Part shown: positions 27,395 through 37,271 of the stretch, piece by piece
How positions within the stretch are numbered: the stretch's first letter is position 1
Layout of the letters: each line of letters starts with the position of its first letter
IMG/VR virus record: IMGVR_UViG_3300026487_000004
Location: 1-64,000 of that record
Reading direction: 5' to 3' (one strand)
Length of the DNA stretch: 64,000 nt
Source of the DNA: a virus
Notes under the pieces: generated by a model
Databases searched by the model: none
What the model was told of the DNA's origin: nothing
What the model saw: the letters and a program-made list of their open reading frames with translations, nothing else
Position numbers and translations under genes: made by a program

Positions 27395-30300
27395 TTATTG
27401 AAGTGTTAATGTTGCTGTTTCTGTTACCTTGTCGTAATCCAATATAGCCACAGGAGATGAATTAGCTATATCATGTAGTTTATTGTTAGCCAATACATTA
27501 AATGGTAAGGTTATATCTTGCCCAACTGTTCCCCCCGTATTTACAAAATTGAATGTAGGTGCGTCATAACTCATTGTTCCTCCAACATATGTGGTAACTC
27601 CCACAGTTATATCCCCTGTAAGTCTAGTACCATACCAAACTGCATTCATAATAACCTGTATTGGATTTGGTGTTGAAGGAAAATCAGTTATGAATTTTTT
27701 TATATCAATCAAAATAGCCTCTACTCCGGCTCCTGTATTATCAGAACCCCACCAAATATAAGGGGTTGCCGAACCAGCAGGGACTTTAGTATCTCCTTGA
27801 GAAAATCCAACGTAATCATTATCGTATATAGTTCCGGTATTGATAAGTCCAGTAAACGTATCTAAATCTGTGCCTGCGCCAGAATCCCAACTATATCTTA
27901 AAACCATGAAGTCAAACGGATCAATAGGTATTATTGATTCTTCTCTAGTAGTTACATTAAACGTAGCTGATATACCACCAACCGTTAAAGTAGTAGATAG
28001 AGTTGTTTCATAAGAAGATGATGACAATCTTCTAACCTCAACAATACTGCCGTTTATTAACGATCCATCTTCACTTGTCCAAGCACCACCGTTTATCCTG
28101 TATTCGTAGTTATCTATGGCAATAGGTACAGGTATATTTATTCCACTTATGGTTACAGGCTCTGAAACATACATTGTACTCAACTCTGCTCCGGTGATAG
28201 CTGCAAAACTAAAAGGATTTGGAGTTGGGTCTACAGGTTGAGGAACACAAGTTACTTCATCACTAACAGGTGGAACGTAATCTGGATCAATCGCATCATT
28301 AGGCTTAGTATTTCCAGTATTTTGACCATTATCTGTATAATATTCTTCTAACGTAGGAAAAGCTTTCATTCCCGTCCTCAGTCCATACTCATCTAAAACA
28401 CATGTGTAAGCGCTAGTCTGCCTCCAAGATGTTTGTCTGTTAGGAGGAGCGACAATGTTTAAACAGACCTTCTTAATTACCGTATTTCCATTTACCACAG
28501 TAGAGTACGTAAAACTATCTGATCCTACGTATCCGGCATTTGCTTGATAAACTGGATTACCATTAGAATAACTTATTGTGCCATGTAAAGGAGATGTAAC
28601 AATTGTATAAACTTGACCTTCGGGCAATGGATCAGATAAAACTTGCCAACCTGCATCACTAAAACCTTGAGAATATGTTTTTTTGTCGTAACCCTCTATA
28701 TGCCATATAACACCCCTTGTAAGCCTATCAAATTCTCCAAATATTTTTGTTTTATTTTTATCTGCCTCTGATAACAGCCGCCTAGCTTCATTATCAAAAT
28801 AATATATCTCACTAATAGGTGTAATGCCGTCTGCACTTAATCTCACCCAACAGCCTGAATTAGCAGAAGCATGATAATGTTGATTTTCATTTCTGGCATA
28901 ACTTTCTGGATTATTACCAATGCCACCATCATGAGAATAGTAAATAGCATCATTTAATAGTCTAGTGCTGGCTCCCAAAAGCTCTTGCCCTGATTTATCC
29001 TGTATTACGGTGGCAAACACAGGGATGTTTAAATCTTTCTGCTCTTTAAAAGCTAAAACCTTATTTTCGGTATAAACGACCAGTTTAAACGCCCCAAATG
29101 CATCATTGTAATCATTTCTGTCTAAGTTATCAAAATCATTCAAGCCGTTAATAGCAGTATTCTCTATTTCGATATTACTCCATCTTGCCCTATCTATAAA
29201 TTGAAATTTACCTTGTTTATTATCTTCTACATTTTCTCTGCCATTGTCATTAATCAAGCTATAATAGAAATCTGAATAACTTGGATCTTCTACTACCTTA
29301 ATAACTACCTGAGCATTAGGAATGGTATTGGTAGTTGGCATTTCTCTATTTCTTACATATACCGTTCCTTCTGTAATTCTTATTACCGCATCAGAGGTAG
29401 CGCTTTGATCTGTTGGATTGCCTGCATGATATCTATTTTCTTTACCTGCATTTATAATAGAAAACTTTTTATTAAAATGATAAAATTGTTTTGCCCCTGT
29501 CAAATCTCCACTCAAACTAGGAGTAAAAATCTCAACTAACGACAAATCTTGAATATCAACACCACTTGACGCATTTGGCTTTCTTATCCTCAATAATCCA
29601 CGTCTGTCTTGTAATTCATATGATAAATATGGGTCTTGTCCGCTTTTACCAATAGGGGCATTTACTGTGTATGTTGTGCTTGTAGGCGCATCTATAATCT
29701 CTCTTTCATTTCCATCAACCAATATAAATCTACCTATATTGTCTGTGCTTGCAGAGGCTACCGTTACATTATTACTTCCATCTACAGTTAGATTAGAGTT
29801 CATTAACTCGGTAGTAGTATCTTTATAAGATAATATTTCAGACTCATAAAAAGGATAATAAGTGCCGTCAGGTTTAGAAATAAATCTTATTCTATCTCCT
29901 TTTTTAAACTCATATTTAAGTGTTGTATTTGGGTGTATTTTTTGATAAGTATAAAGGCTACCAACAACCAGATCAACATAATCTCCTCCGCTATTTGTAG
30001 CTTGTACATCTATTTTTTTCTGTATAAGCATCTGTACGAAGTTTTGATATGTAAGATCAACTGTTCTTACTATTTGATAGTATTTAGCCCATATAGGAGG
30101 AGTATGTTTAATAGTAAGGGTAAATACAGGCGCTTTAATGCCTCCTAAAGCATTTTGCGTTGCTGTGGTTACTATAAGATTATCATCAGTATAAACCAAA
30201 CTTCTACGACCTTGAAAATCTTCATACATTATTCCAAACTTAATACCTGCTCCAAGCTTAACATTACTAACAGATTGGCCTGTATCTTTCAATGTGTCAA

Positions 30301-31873
30301 ATTGAACAGGGTTAACCGTACCGCTGCTATCAAAATAACCGTTATCATAATAATCTATAATTACAAACTTAAACGTAACGTTGCCAAATCCATCTGTTTC
30401 GTTCGTATATATATTGTGTTCAGGTGGGGCTACGTTTCCTAGCGACCTTAATATAATTAGTCCGGTACTTAATATTTGAGCTTTTAACTTATTGGCTATT
30501 GTAGTAGCAGTATCTGTTACTGTAGCGGTTACAGAAAAATTATAGTTGTTATTGCCATTTCTAAGGTTATAATTAAATATATTACCTTTTTTTACATCGT
30601 TCCCTATAGTTACAGTATGCGCATTTGAAGATTTTTTAGATGTTGAATTTGTAATAGTACCATTTAACTCTATATATCTTCCCTGGTCAGGATCTCTCGT
30701 GTATTTATTGATATAGTCGCCACTATCAGGTATATCATTAGCAATAATCTGAGGACTGTTAAATTTGTTTTCTAGTCCTTGATCTATGAACAAGTCCTCA
30801 TAAGATACAGTTAAAGTAGTGTTGATAGCCACATCAGGGAAACCTTCTGGAAAATTCCAATAAGTCATGGCTTTTTCTGTCATAGCTTGACACAACGGAC
30901 GTTTAGGAAGAAAGGAATATGGCCTGATTATTTTTTCTCTATCTGTTACTGGATACTTGCTGTCATTATAAAATTTATAAGTATATGTTGAGTTGCTTGT
31001 TATACTTTGTTTTTTCTTATCCAACGTAGCGATTGTTCTCCATTCAGGGTCTGGTACATCTAATGTTGGTGACCACATGGCAATTTCAATGTAATCAACT
31101 ATTAAGCTACCAGTAGGGACAATTAAGGAAATACCATTGTTATCTGTAGGAATTGAGTTAACTCCTGTAAAAGCTTCTTTTGGCGGTAAAGCCACACTAC
31201 TAAAGTCACTCCAATTGCTTCTTTCACCATCATCATATATAAATCTTACTGCAAACTTTCTTAGAGTTCCATAAAGTGTATTTATTAGTTTAGATGTATC
31301 TGAAAAATAAGATGCGATAGGAGCTGATGAAGGGGCTAATTTGTAAGCGTTGATATATTCTTCTAAAATTGTTAATCCATAACCCTTATCGCTTTTATCT
31401 AATGCTTTTTGAATGTTTATTTTTCTAGCATCATTTAAGCCGTCTACCCAATACAATAACTTATTTCTAACAATATCGGTCATTAAGATCAGATAGTCCT
31501 TAGAGAAGTTTAAAACGTCAAATCCACCAGTATCAGTGATGGATTGTAAAACTACTAGGATATTTTTTGATAACCCGTTATACTCAAATATGGTGTGGTA
31601 ACCGTTACTGTTCCATACAAAGAAATAAAACAAGTTTTTCTCCTGGTCTTTTGCTGTACCAATACACTTGTTTTCTCCGGTTGGCAATGGGGTTTCTATA
31701 AGCGTATTTCCTTTTATATTGGTAACAATGCCTACGTTACCTACACCTGATGCCATAACGCTACAGTTTAGCATATACTCATAAGTATTGCTTGGCCTCA
31801 ATTCTGGTGCTATAGAGGTTACAATTCCTCCATCGAAGGTTTGGTTATATATCTGCTTTTGATTAGATGGCAT
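27395..31873 (-). CDS. large tail/virion structural protein with Ig-like (cadherin-like) domain
   Basis: 1492 aa. VTSPLHGTISYSNGNPVYQANAGYVGSDSFTYSTV matches the bacterial Ig/cadherin-like pattern P.HGT...Y.P..G..G.DSF.Y. Confidence 0.5.
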   Translation of the reverse strand: MPSNQKQIYNQTFDGGIVTSIAPELRPSNTYEYMLNCSVMASGVGNVGIVTNIKGNTLIETPLPTGENKCIGTAKDQEKNLFYFFVWNSNGYHTIFEYNGLSKNILVVLQSITDTGGFDVLNFSKDYLILMTDIVRNKLLYWVDGLNDARKINIQKALDKSDKGYGLTILEEYINAYKLAPSSAPIASYFSDTSKLINTLYGTLRKFAVRFIYDDGERSNWSDFSSVALPPKEAFTGVNSIPTDNNGISLIVPTGSLIVDYIEIAMWSPTLDVPDPEWRTIATLDKKKQSITSNSTYTYKFYNDSKYPVTDREKIIRPYSFLPKRPLCQAMTEKAMTYWNFPEGFPDVAINTTLTVSYEDLFIDQGLENKFNSPQIIANDIPDSGDYINKYTRDPDQGRYIELNGTITNSTSKKSSNAHTVTIGNDVKKGNIFNYNLRNGNNNYNFSVTATVTDTATTIANKLKAQILSTGLIILRSLGNVAPPEHNIYTNETDGFGNVTFKFVIIDYYDNGYFDSSGTVNPVQFDTLKDTGQSVSNVKLGAGIKFGIMYEDFQGRRSLVYTDDNLIVTTATQNALGGIKAPVFTLTIKHTPPIWAKYYQIVRTVDLTYQNFVQMLIQKKIDVQATNSGGDYVDLVVGSLYTYQKIHPNTTLKYEFKKGDRIRFISKPDGTYYPFYESEILSYKDTTTELMNSNLTVDGSNNVTVASASTDNIGRFILVDGNEREIIDAPTSTTYTVNAPIGKSGQDPYLSYELQDRRGLLRIRKPNASSGVDIQDLSLVEIFTPSLSGDLTGAKQFYHFNKKFSIINAGKENRYHAGNPTDQSATSDAVIRITEGTVYVRNREMPTTNTIPNAQVVIKVVEDPSYSDFYYSLINDNGRENVEDNKQGKFQFIDRARWSNIEIENTAINGLNDFDNLDRNDYNDAFGAFKLVVYTENKVLAFKEQKDLNIPVFATVIQDKSGQELLGASTRLLNDAIYYSHDGGIGNNPESYARNENQHYHASANSGCWVRLSADGITPISEIYYFDNEARRLLSEADKNKTKIFGEFDRLTRGVIWHIEGYDKKTYSQGFSDAGWQVLSDPLPEGQVYTIVTSPLHGTISYSNGNPVYQANAGYVGSDSFTYSTVVNGNTVIKKVCLNIVAPPNRQTSWRQTSAYTCVLDEYGLRTGMKAFPTLEEYYTDNGQNTGNTKPNDAIDPDYVPPVSDEVTCVPQPVDPTPNPFSFAAITGAELSTMYVSEPVTISGINIPVPIAIDNYEYRINGGAWTSEDGSLINGSIVEVRRLSSSSYETTLSTTLTVGGISATFNVTTREESIIPIDPFDFMVLRYSWDSGAGTDLDTFTGLINTGTIYDNDYVGFSQGDTKVPAGSATPYIWWGSDNTGAGVEAILIDIKKFITDFPSTPNPIQVIMNAVWYGTRLTGDITVGVTTYVGGTMSYDAPTFNFVNTGGTVGQDITLPFNVLANNKLHDIANSSPVAILDYDKVTETATLTLQ

Positions 31874-31879
31874 CTTACG

Positions 31880-32620
31880 TTAAAAATTGGTAGGTGAAAA
31901 GCTAGTGTTTATTTCTGCTGCCATGTACAGCGCATTCTTAAAGTTATAAAGGCGTTTAACCTGGTAATAATGCTCTAGGTACTTCTCTTCATTCCACCTA
32001 GCTGACGTATAATCTTTTCTTTCTTCGTAGAACCTCGCTTTAGCCCAATAACTTAAACACATCTCCATTTCGCTAGGAACAAGCTTTAAACCGTCCGATA
32101 TGCCATCTGATTTGTACTCTAACACAACCTCGGCTCCTTCTGGAATTAAGCTACCGATGTAAATGCAACCATCTTTTTTATTAATATTATAACATCCGCT
32201 GTTTATCACACCTCGTCCATAACCATATAGTTCACCTAAATTCTGTGATCTGTAGTTATAATTATAGAAAGTATAAGCATCGCCTATAAAACCTCCGTCC
32301 CAAATGCTGTTTAAGTATTGTTCAGTTTTGCTATCATTGAGCTTTTGTGATCCAACATTCTTATCTAGTGATAGAATAGCAATATTTCCCTTGTAGCGAA
32401 TACCAACCTTTGTCTCGTAGATGAAATCACAAGGAAGACTTATGGCGTTGTCATATTCAAGAACTTCTGTCTTTACGTTGAAGTCTTGTCCTACAAATAG
32501 GTTTAATTGTCTGTAACCGCTTAACAAATGCCTAGAAACGGTAAACTTGTACTTGCCTGTACTATCACCCATACCTGCACATATGTTTTCAGCAATTCTA
32601 TCTATTGGTATTAAACTCAT
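31880..32620 (-). CDS. hypothetical virion-module protein
   Basis: 246-aa ORF, ATGA coupling. Confidence 0.5.
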   Translation of the reverse strand: MSLIPIDRIAENICAGMGDSTGKYKFTVSRHLLSGYRQLNLFVGQDFNVKTEVLEYDNAISLPCDFIYETKVGIRYKGNIAILSLDKNVGSQKLNDSKTEQYLNSIWDGGFIGDAYTFYNYNYRSQNLGELYGYGRGVINSGCYNINKKDGCIYIGSLIPEGAEVVLEYKSDGISDGLKLVPSEMEMCLSYWAKARFYEERKDYTSARWNEEKYLEHYYQVKRLYNFKNALYMAAEINTSFSPTNF

Positions 32621-33234
32621 GGTTGTACGTTTATGTCTGCGTTATTGTTCTTTTTGTCTGCCGGATATTGCCTTTGACCTGTAATCCATTGATAACAGAT
32701 ATCTAATGCCATCGTCTCAAATCCTGCTTGTATCGGAAGTTCATCTGTTGGCGCTAATTCTTCAACATCAATTATAATTTCTCCACTTAAATCCTCTGCT
32801 AATGGATTTAAACCCCATAGCTCTAATTTCTTACCTAATGGGTAAAAGTATAGCTGATCAGTTAATTGTTTGCTGTAGCTCTTTATTGTACGTCTATCGG
32901 CATCCATTAGCGGTGCGTAGTAGTTACCACAGTTATCGTGTACAAATCTAATTCCTTCGTTACCTGCTAACGGCATATATCCTTTAGGTAAAGTAACTGT
33001 CGGTGGAGTTTGACTCCTATCTATGGACAAGTTTGAAAAGCTACCGTAAAAAAGAGAGGGGTAATCTCTGTTCCCCTCTATCTGCAAATTGGTATTTCTT
33101 CCTGCTGTAACAGCGTAATTAACCGCAGCGGGTAAATAAGCTTCTACATCAACCCTTTGAGTTGAACTTTCGTCAGATAAGTTACCACCGTTTACGCGGA
33201 GAATTACTGTCTCCACAAATACCTCTTTTGTCAT
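32617..33234 (-). CDS. hypothetical virion-module protein
   Basis: 205-aa ORF. Confidence 0.5.
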   Translation of the reverse strand: MTKEVFVETVILRVNGGNLSDESSTQRVDVEAYLPAAVNYAVTAGRNTNLQIEGNRDYPSLFYGSFSNLSIDRSQTPPTVTLPKGYMPLAGNEGIRFVHDNCGNYYAPLMDADRRTIKSYSKQLTDQLYFYPLGKKLELWGLNPLAEDLSGEIIIDVEELAPTDELPIQAGFETMALDICYQWITGQRQYPADKKNNNADINVQP

Positions 33235-33528
33235 TTAGTCTCTTTTTACACCTACATAAATAGTACCGTTGTTAGTTTCGATACGCCCTGTTACTGTTTT
33301 TAATTCTTTGGGGTTTACAGTCTGATAAGCATTTACATCTCCTTGAGATAATGTCTCCTCATTGTAATCCAATGAATCTTCCATATCCCTAGCCTTATCT
33401 TCCTCAGATGTTGACGGCGAATCCTGAACAGGAACTACAAAGTCATTCTGTGGTTGTGTAGGGTCAGTGTTTACACTTACAATAATCTCCTTATTGCCGT
33501 TTGTTTCTTTTACATTTTTCTTAGCCAT
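33235..33528 (-). CDS. hypothetical acidic protein
   Basis: 97-aa ORF abutting the next gene. Confidence 0.5.
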   Translation of the reverse strand: MAKKNVKETNGNKEIIVSVNTDPTQPQNDFVVPVQDSPSTSEEDKARDMEDSLDYNEETLSQGDVNAYQTVNPKELKTVTGRIETNNGTIYVGVKRD

Positions 33529-33534
33529 GATATT

Positions 33535-34206
33535 TTATTTTATTTCGTTTACAATTTCTCTGTTTAATCCTAATTGACTATACTCTTGGGTCAACTCATC
33601 TTTTAATTGTATGCCTCTGTATTCTAACATACTATACACAAAAAGGTTGAATAAGCCCTCTGGAAAGTCTAAATCATCTGTATTGGTATTATCTATCGTA
33701 ATGTAGTCATCTTCTCCTGTAGAGGCTGTATTAAAGGCTATTTTAGCCTCATCAGGTTGCTTACAATAAATAAGTTTAACTGTTATGCCTATTTGATTAG
33801 GATAAATAACTAATCCACCATCATTATAAGCATATCCTATCCTGTTTTTAGCTACATCCATCTTACGTATAGGGCTACTCATCGTAAGACCAATGCTGTT
33901 GGTATTTAGGTCATAAGTTTCATGATCAACACCTCCTTGCGGATAAAGAATAGCCAAATCCCTATAGTAATTATTAGGAAGGTATAATACTCCGTTTGCT
34001 AATGTAGTTATGCTTGCCGTTTTAATATGATTGATTAACCAGTTTGAAGTCTTGTTGTTGTTTTGATAATTATCACATAACGTAGATAAAATCTGATATC
34101 TAACCGCATACAAGTCGCTGTTAAATTCATCCTCAGTCGTGTAACCGCTTGTTCCATCTTTAGTTAGAACACCAATTCTGTTCCATAAACGTTCTACTGA
34201 TATCAT
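33535..34206 (-). CDS. hypothetical virion-module protein
   Basis: 223-aa ORF, first gene after terminator 34255-34284. Confidence 0.5.
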   Translation of the reverse strand: MISVERLWNRIGVLTKDGTSGYTTEDEFNSDLYAVRYQILSTLCDNYQNNNKTSNWLINHIKTASITTLANGVLYLPNNYYRDLAILYPQGGVDHETYDLNTNSIGLTMSSPIRKMDVAKNRIGYAYNDGGLVIYPNQIGITVKLIYCKQPDEAKIAFNTASTGEDDYITIDNTNTDDLDFPEGLFNLFVYSMLEYRGIQLKDELTQEYSQLGLNREIVNEIK

Positions 34207-34250
34207 ATTGATTTGTTAAAATTAAATCAAATATAGGTATTAATACAAAC

Positions 34251-34284
34251 AAAAAAAGGGCTACTAACTTAATAGCAACCCTTT
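34251..34284 (-). terminator. rho-independent terminator (-), TTAAGT hexaloop
   Basis: Minus strand AAAGGGTTGCTA-TTAAGT-TAGTAGCCCTTT (12 bp, two G-U pairs) running into a T-tract (complement of A-run 34251-34257). Confidence 0.6.
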
Positions 34285-34308
34285 ACGATAAAACCTAAAC
34301 TATGAAAC

Positions 34309-35469
34309 CTAATATTTAAACTCTCTCTTTACCCAATTCTTATAATTATCCTTAGTCACTTCTCCCTTAGAAACACCCTCTAAAAACTGAGCAACATGTC
34401 CCCAACTTGCATTTTTACCATCTGTCCTAAGATCACTTAAAAAACTCATAGCTTCTGCATTATCAGTCGGGAATACCACATCTTCTTCAACAGTCTTTAA
34501 ATGATCTGGAAGATTATCCCCTACAACTTGGTGTCCGCTCTTGTCAACATCTACAACTTCAATGCTTGATAAATATTTAGCAGCTGCCTCTTTTGCACTC
34601 ATTTCAGAATTAACACTTTCCAACTGGTTCATCCAATCTCCAACTTGCATATTAGAAAAAATGTGGTTTTTTAACGCTTGTTTAGCGTCTTGTGCTGAGT
34701 TCATAATATCAACGATACGTTCACCCTCTCTTTCTCCTTTAGCCCATTCCCAACGCCTTATTCCAGCAATATTAACAAGTTTAAATACTCCTTTGTCAAT
34801 AAGGTGGATAATCTTACCCTCAATCTGTGTTAATTGTAAACTTGCTTTTTCATTATAAATCTTAGGAAACTGATAAGCATATTGTTTTAATTCTGACCTT
34901 ACCTCATCTAATTCCATTTTATCAACGCCTTTAATACCTAGACCCTTAGCTAATATTACCATTTTATCATCAGCAATAACATCTGCATGTTTTAGAGCAG
35001 TCGTAACCGCATCAATAGAGTCGCTTTTAGATTTTGCCCTAGCTTTAGTATCAATGTATTCAACTACAGGCTGACCTGATTTGTATGGTGAGGTAGATGT
35101 TGATGGATGTAGATATCTATATACAGCCAAATCAAGATCACCCTTAAATTCATTCTTGTTTCCTTTAAACTGTATATATCTAGGTTCGAATACATCTAAC
35201 AAAGCGTTACCTACAGGGTTTGTCCTATGTGATTTGGCATATCTGATTTCAGACTTTAAACCGCTATCAGGATCTTCAACAAAGAAGTGTGTTCTAATAC
35301 TGTTTCCCGCAGGAACTTTAGTCACTCCTCCATTAACTTTATCAATTTTTCTTTTGTTTGTAGATACTTCAAATGAAGGTTTCTTTTTAATGTCCTTAAA
35401 GTCTATACCCTTCCCGTATTTCTTAATAAGGTATTCTCCTGTTACCTGTTTCTTGTTTTCAAATAGCAT
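34309..35469 (-). CDS. hypothetical structural-module protein with its own terminator
   Basis: 386-aa ORF lying between two strong terminators, next to the capsid gene. Confidence 0.5.
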   Translation of the reverse strand: MLFENKKQVTGEYLIKKYGKGIDFKDIKKKPSFEVSTNKRKIDKVNGGVTKVPAGNSIRTHFFVEDPDSGLKSEIRYAKSHRTNPVGNALLDVFEPRYIQFKGNKNEFKGDLDLAVYRYLHPSTSTSPYKSGQPVVEYIDTKARAKSKSDSIDAVTTALKHADVIADDKMVILAKGLGIKGVDKMELDEVRSELKQYAYQFPKIYNEKASLQLTQIEGKIIHLIDKGVFKLVNIAGIRRWEWAKGEREGERIVDIMNSAQDAKQALKNHIFSNMQVGDWMNQLESVNSEMSAKEAAAKYLSSIEVVDVDKSGHQVVGDNLPDHLKTVEEDVVFPTDNAEAMSFLSDLRTDGKNASWGHVAQFLEGVSKGEVTKDNYKNWVKREFKY

Positions 35470-35470
35470 A

Positions 35471-35635
35471 TTATTTATTGTTTAAATTTTGTTCAATTAT
35501 TTTTTCTGAAATAGACTTTTCTACAGCCATCTCCACAAAGTCTTGCATAGACACCCTGTATTCTTCTTTATAGTCTTGCATGAAAGCCCAAACTTCCTTG
35601 CTAAATTTTATTCTTAGTGATTGTTTTTCCTCCAT
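35471..35635 (-). CDS. small RHH-like protein (54 aa)
   Basis: Hand translation MEEKQSLRIKFSKEVWAFMQDYKEEYRVSMQDFVEMAVEKSISEKIIEQNLNNK, a strand-helix-helix pattern. The stop is 1 nt before the next ATG. Confidence 0.4.
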   Translation of the reverse strand: MEEKQSLRIKFSKEVWAFMQDYKEEYRVSMQDFVEMAVEKSISEKIIEQNLNNK

Positions 35636-35683
35636 TATGCCCTGTTATGTACACAAATGTAAATAATAATAATTGATATAAAC

Positions 35684-35714
35684 AAAAAAGCCCCTATAAC
35701 TTAATACAAGGGCT
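35684..35714 (-). terminator. rho-independent terminator (-) after the capsid gene, TTAAGT hexaloop
   Basis: Minus strand AGCCCTTGTA-TTAAGT-TATAGGGGCT (10 bp, two G-U pairs) followed by TTTTTT. Confidence 0.65.
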
Positions 35715-35735
35715 AATTTTAACTGCTTAAAGTTA

Positions 35736-37241
35736 CTATGAACTTGAAACGCTTTGTGGGTGGAATACAGCAAATTGCTCTCCCAATGCAAAGTGAGGTG
35801 CAATCTCTGAACGCAAGTAAGTTCTGTGAGAGTCATTCTCAGATGTTTTGTAGAAATCACCTTTCTTAACGATTGCTCTTGAACCAGCTCCTGTTTCACA
35901 CCAAACCTCATTCTCACGTGAGTAACCATCAGTACCGCGATATTCGTAACCTAAATAAGGAACTTTATCATTATCCTCATTAGTACGTCCAAATGGTGCT
36001 GCGATCATCCAGTCAGTATAGCCTACTGCGCCTGCACCTTGTGCGTAGTTAAACTCTGGTGCCGCTGTTTGCATGAAGGTATAATTACCAATAGTGAAAC
36101 CTTGAACACCTAAGTTGATCATCAATCCTTGAGGATCAAATAAACCATCTTTGTTTGAGTTACGCATGTTACGTACTTTCTCTCCCATGTAACGGTCAGA
36201 CACGCCAACTACCCAATTGTAATTGTATTTACCGGCATAGAACTCTTCAATTTTTTGATTGATGCCGTAACCTTGCATTAACAAGATTTCAGAAGCTCCT
36301 ACACGGATATCATGGTAGTAAGCCGATAAAGCCCTGATATCTGCCTCAGTAAAGTCATCTGGATCATATTGGAAGTCAAACCCGTTTTCTTGTGCATAAG
36401 GCAATAAACCTTGAGTACTTGTTACTGGAACATTTGATTTAAGTGAACTTGAATAGTCAGTCCAAGCAGTAGCTTGTTTACCAAACATCCATAGTTTACC
36501 TTTTGCTTCTTCATGGCGCATCTCCATATCCTCAATACCCTCTAACCATAAAAGGTTTGATCCTGGTACTGGATTGAACCTAACCGCTGTAGTCATGTGT
36601 GAACCTGAGGTAATATCAGTCTCATCCAAGATAGCAAACGTATTTTGGTATTTGTATTGACGAACTCTTAAAGGTTCAACCTGATCTGTACCTTCACCTT
36701 TTACAGGAGCGATAAAGAATGCTTTAGAACCTTCTACAATCTCATCTTCTGGATCAACACTAGTATTGTCAGCCAATAAAGTGATTTGATGTGGATTTAC
36801 AGTATGATCTTTAGCAGTAATACGATATTGATTACCGCCTGCTACAAACTGCCATACCTCAGTCACACGTGGACGAGAGAATACAGTGGTTTGGAATGGA
36901 GTGGTTTCAGTTACCATGTCATCTTCTGATAATTCAATAACGATTTCATTACCTGTTGAAGATATGATTGATCCTACAGTAAATAACTCGTTAGGACGTG
37001 GTTTTTCATAGTGGCCTGTAACAGGGCCTTCTACACCTCTTTTGTTCAATCTACCGAACCCAAATGAAGACAACTTAGCCAAAGTAGTCATTGGATAACC
37101 TGCCTGTTTGAAGTAGGTAGATAATAATTGTGGGTTATCTGCTAATAGAGTAGAACCCAATACAAACACATCACCTTGAGCAGACTCAATATGTGATGGC
37201 TCATTTCCTTGCTGTAAGCCTGGATTGTCGTAAGCTGCCAT
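35736..37241 (-). CDS. major capsid protein (by position)
   Basis: 501-aa ORF directly after a scaffold-like gene and before a strong terminator. Locally higher G+C and biased codons. Confidence 0.55.
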   Translation of the reverse strand: MAAYDNPGLQQGNEPSHIESAQGDVFVLGSTLLADNPQLLSTYFKQAGYPMTTLAKLSSFGFGRLNKRGVEGPVTGHYEKPRPNELFTVGSIISSTGNEIVIELSEDDMVTETTPFQTTVFSRPRVTEVWQFVAGGNQYRITAKDHTVNPHQITLLADNTSVDPEDEIVEGSKAFFIAPVKGEGTDQVEPLRVRQYKYQNTFAILDETDITSGSHMTTAVRFNPVPGSNLLWLEGIEDMEMRHEEAKGKLWMFGKQATAWTDYSSSLKSNVPVTSTQGLLPYAQENGFDFQYDPDDFTEADIRALSAYYHDIRVGASEILLMQGYGINQKIEEFYAGKYNYNWVVGVSDRYMGEKVRNMRNSNKDGLFDPQGLMINLGVQGFTIGNYTFMQTAAPEFNYAQGAGAVGYTDWMIAAPFGRTNEDNDKVPYLGYEYRGTDGYSRENEVWCETGAGSRAIVKKGDFYKTSENDSHRTYLRSEIAPHFALGEQFAVFHPQSVSSS

Positions 37242-37271
37242 AATTTTTATTTTTTATTTAAGTTTTTGTTT

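Noticed and set aside
35081-35485. 134-aa plus-strand ORF.
   Set aside because: It is antisense to the 386-aa structural-module gene and is isolated on its strand.
35645-35929. 94-aa minus-strand ORF overlapping the 3' end of the capsid gene.
   Set aside because: It is out of frame with the much longer, codon-biased capsid ORF, and it runs through terminator 35684-35714.
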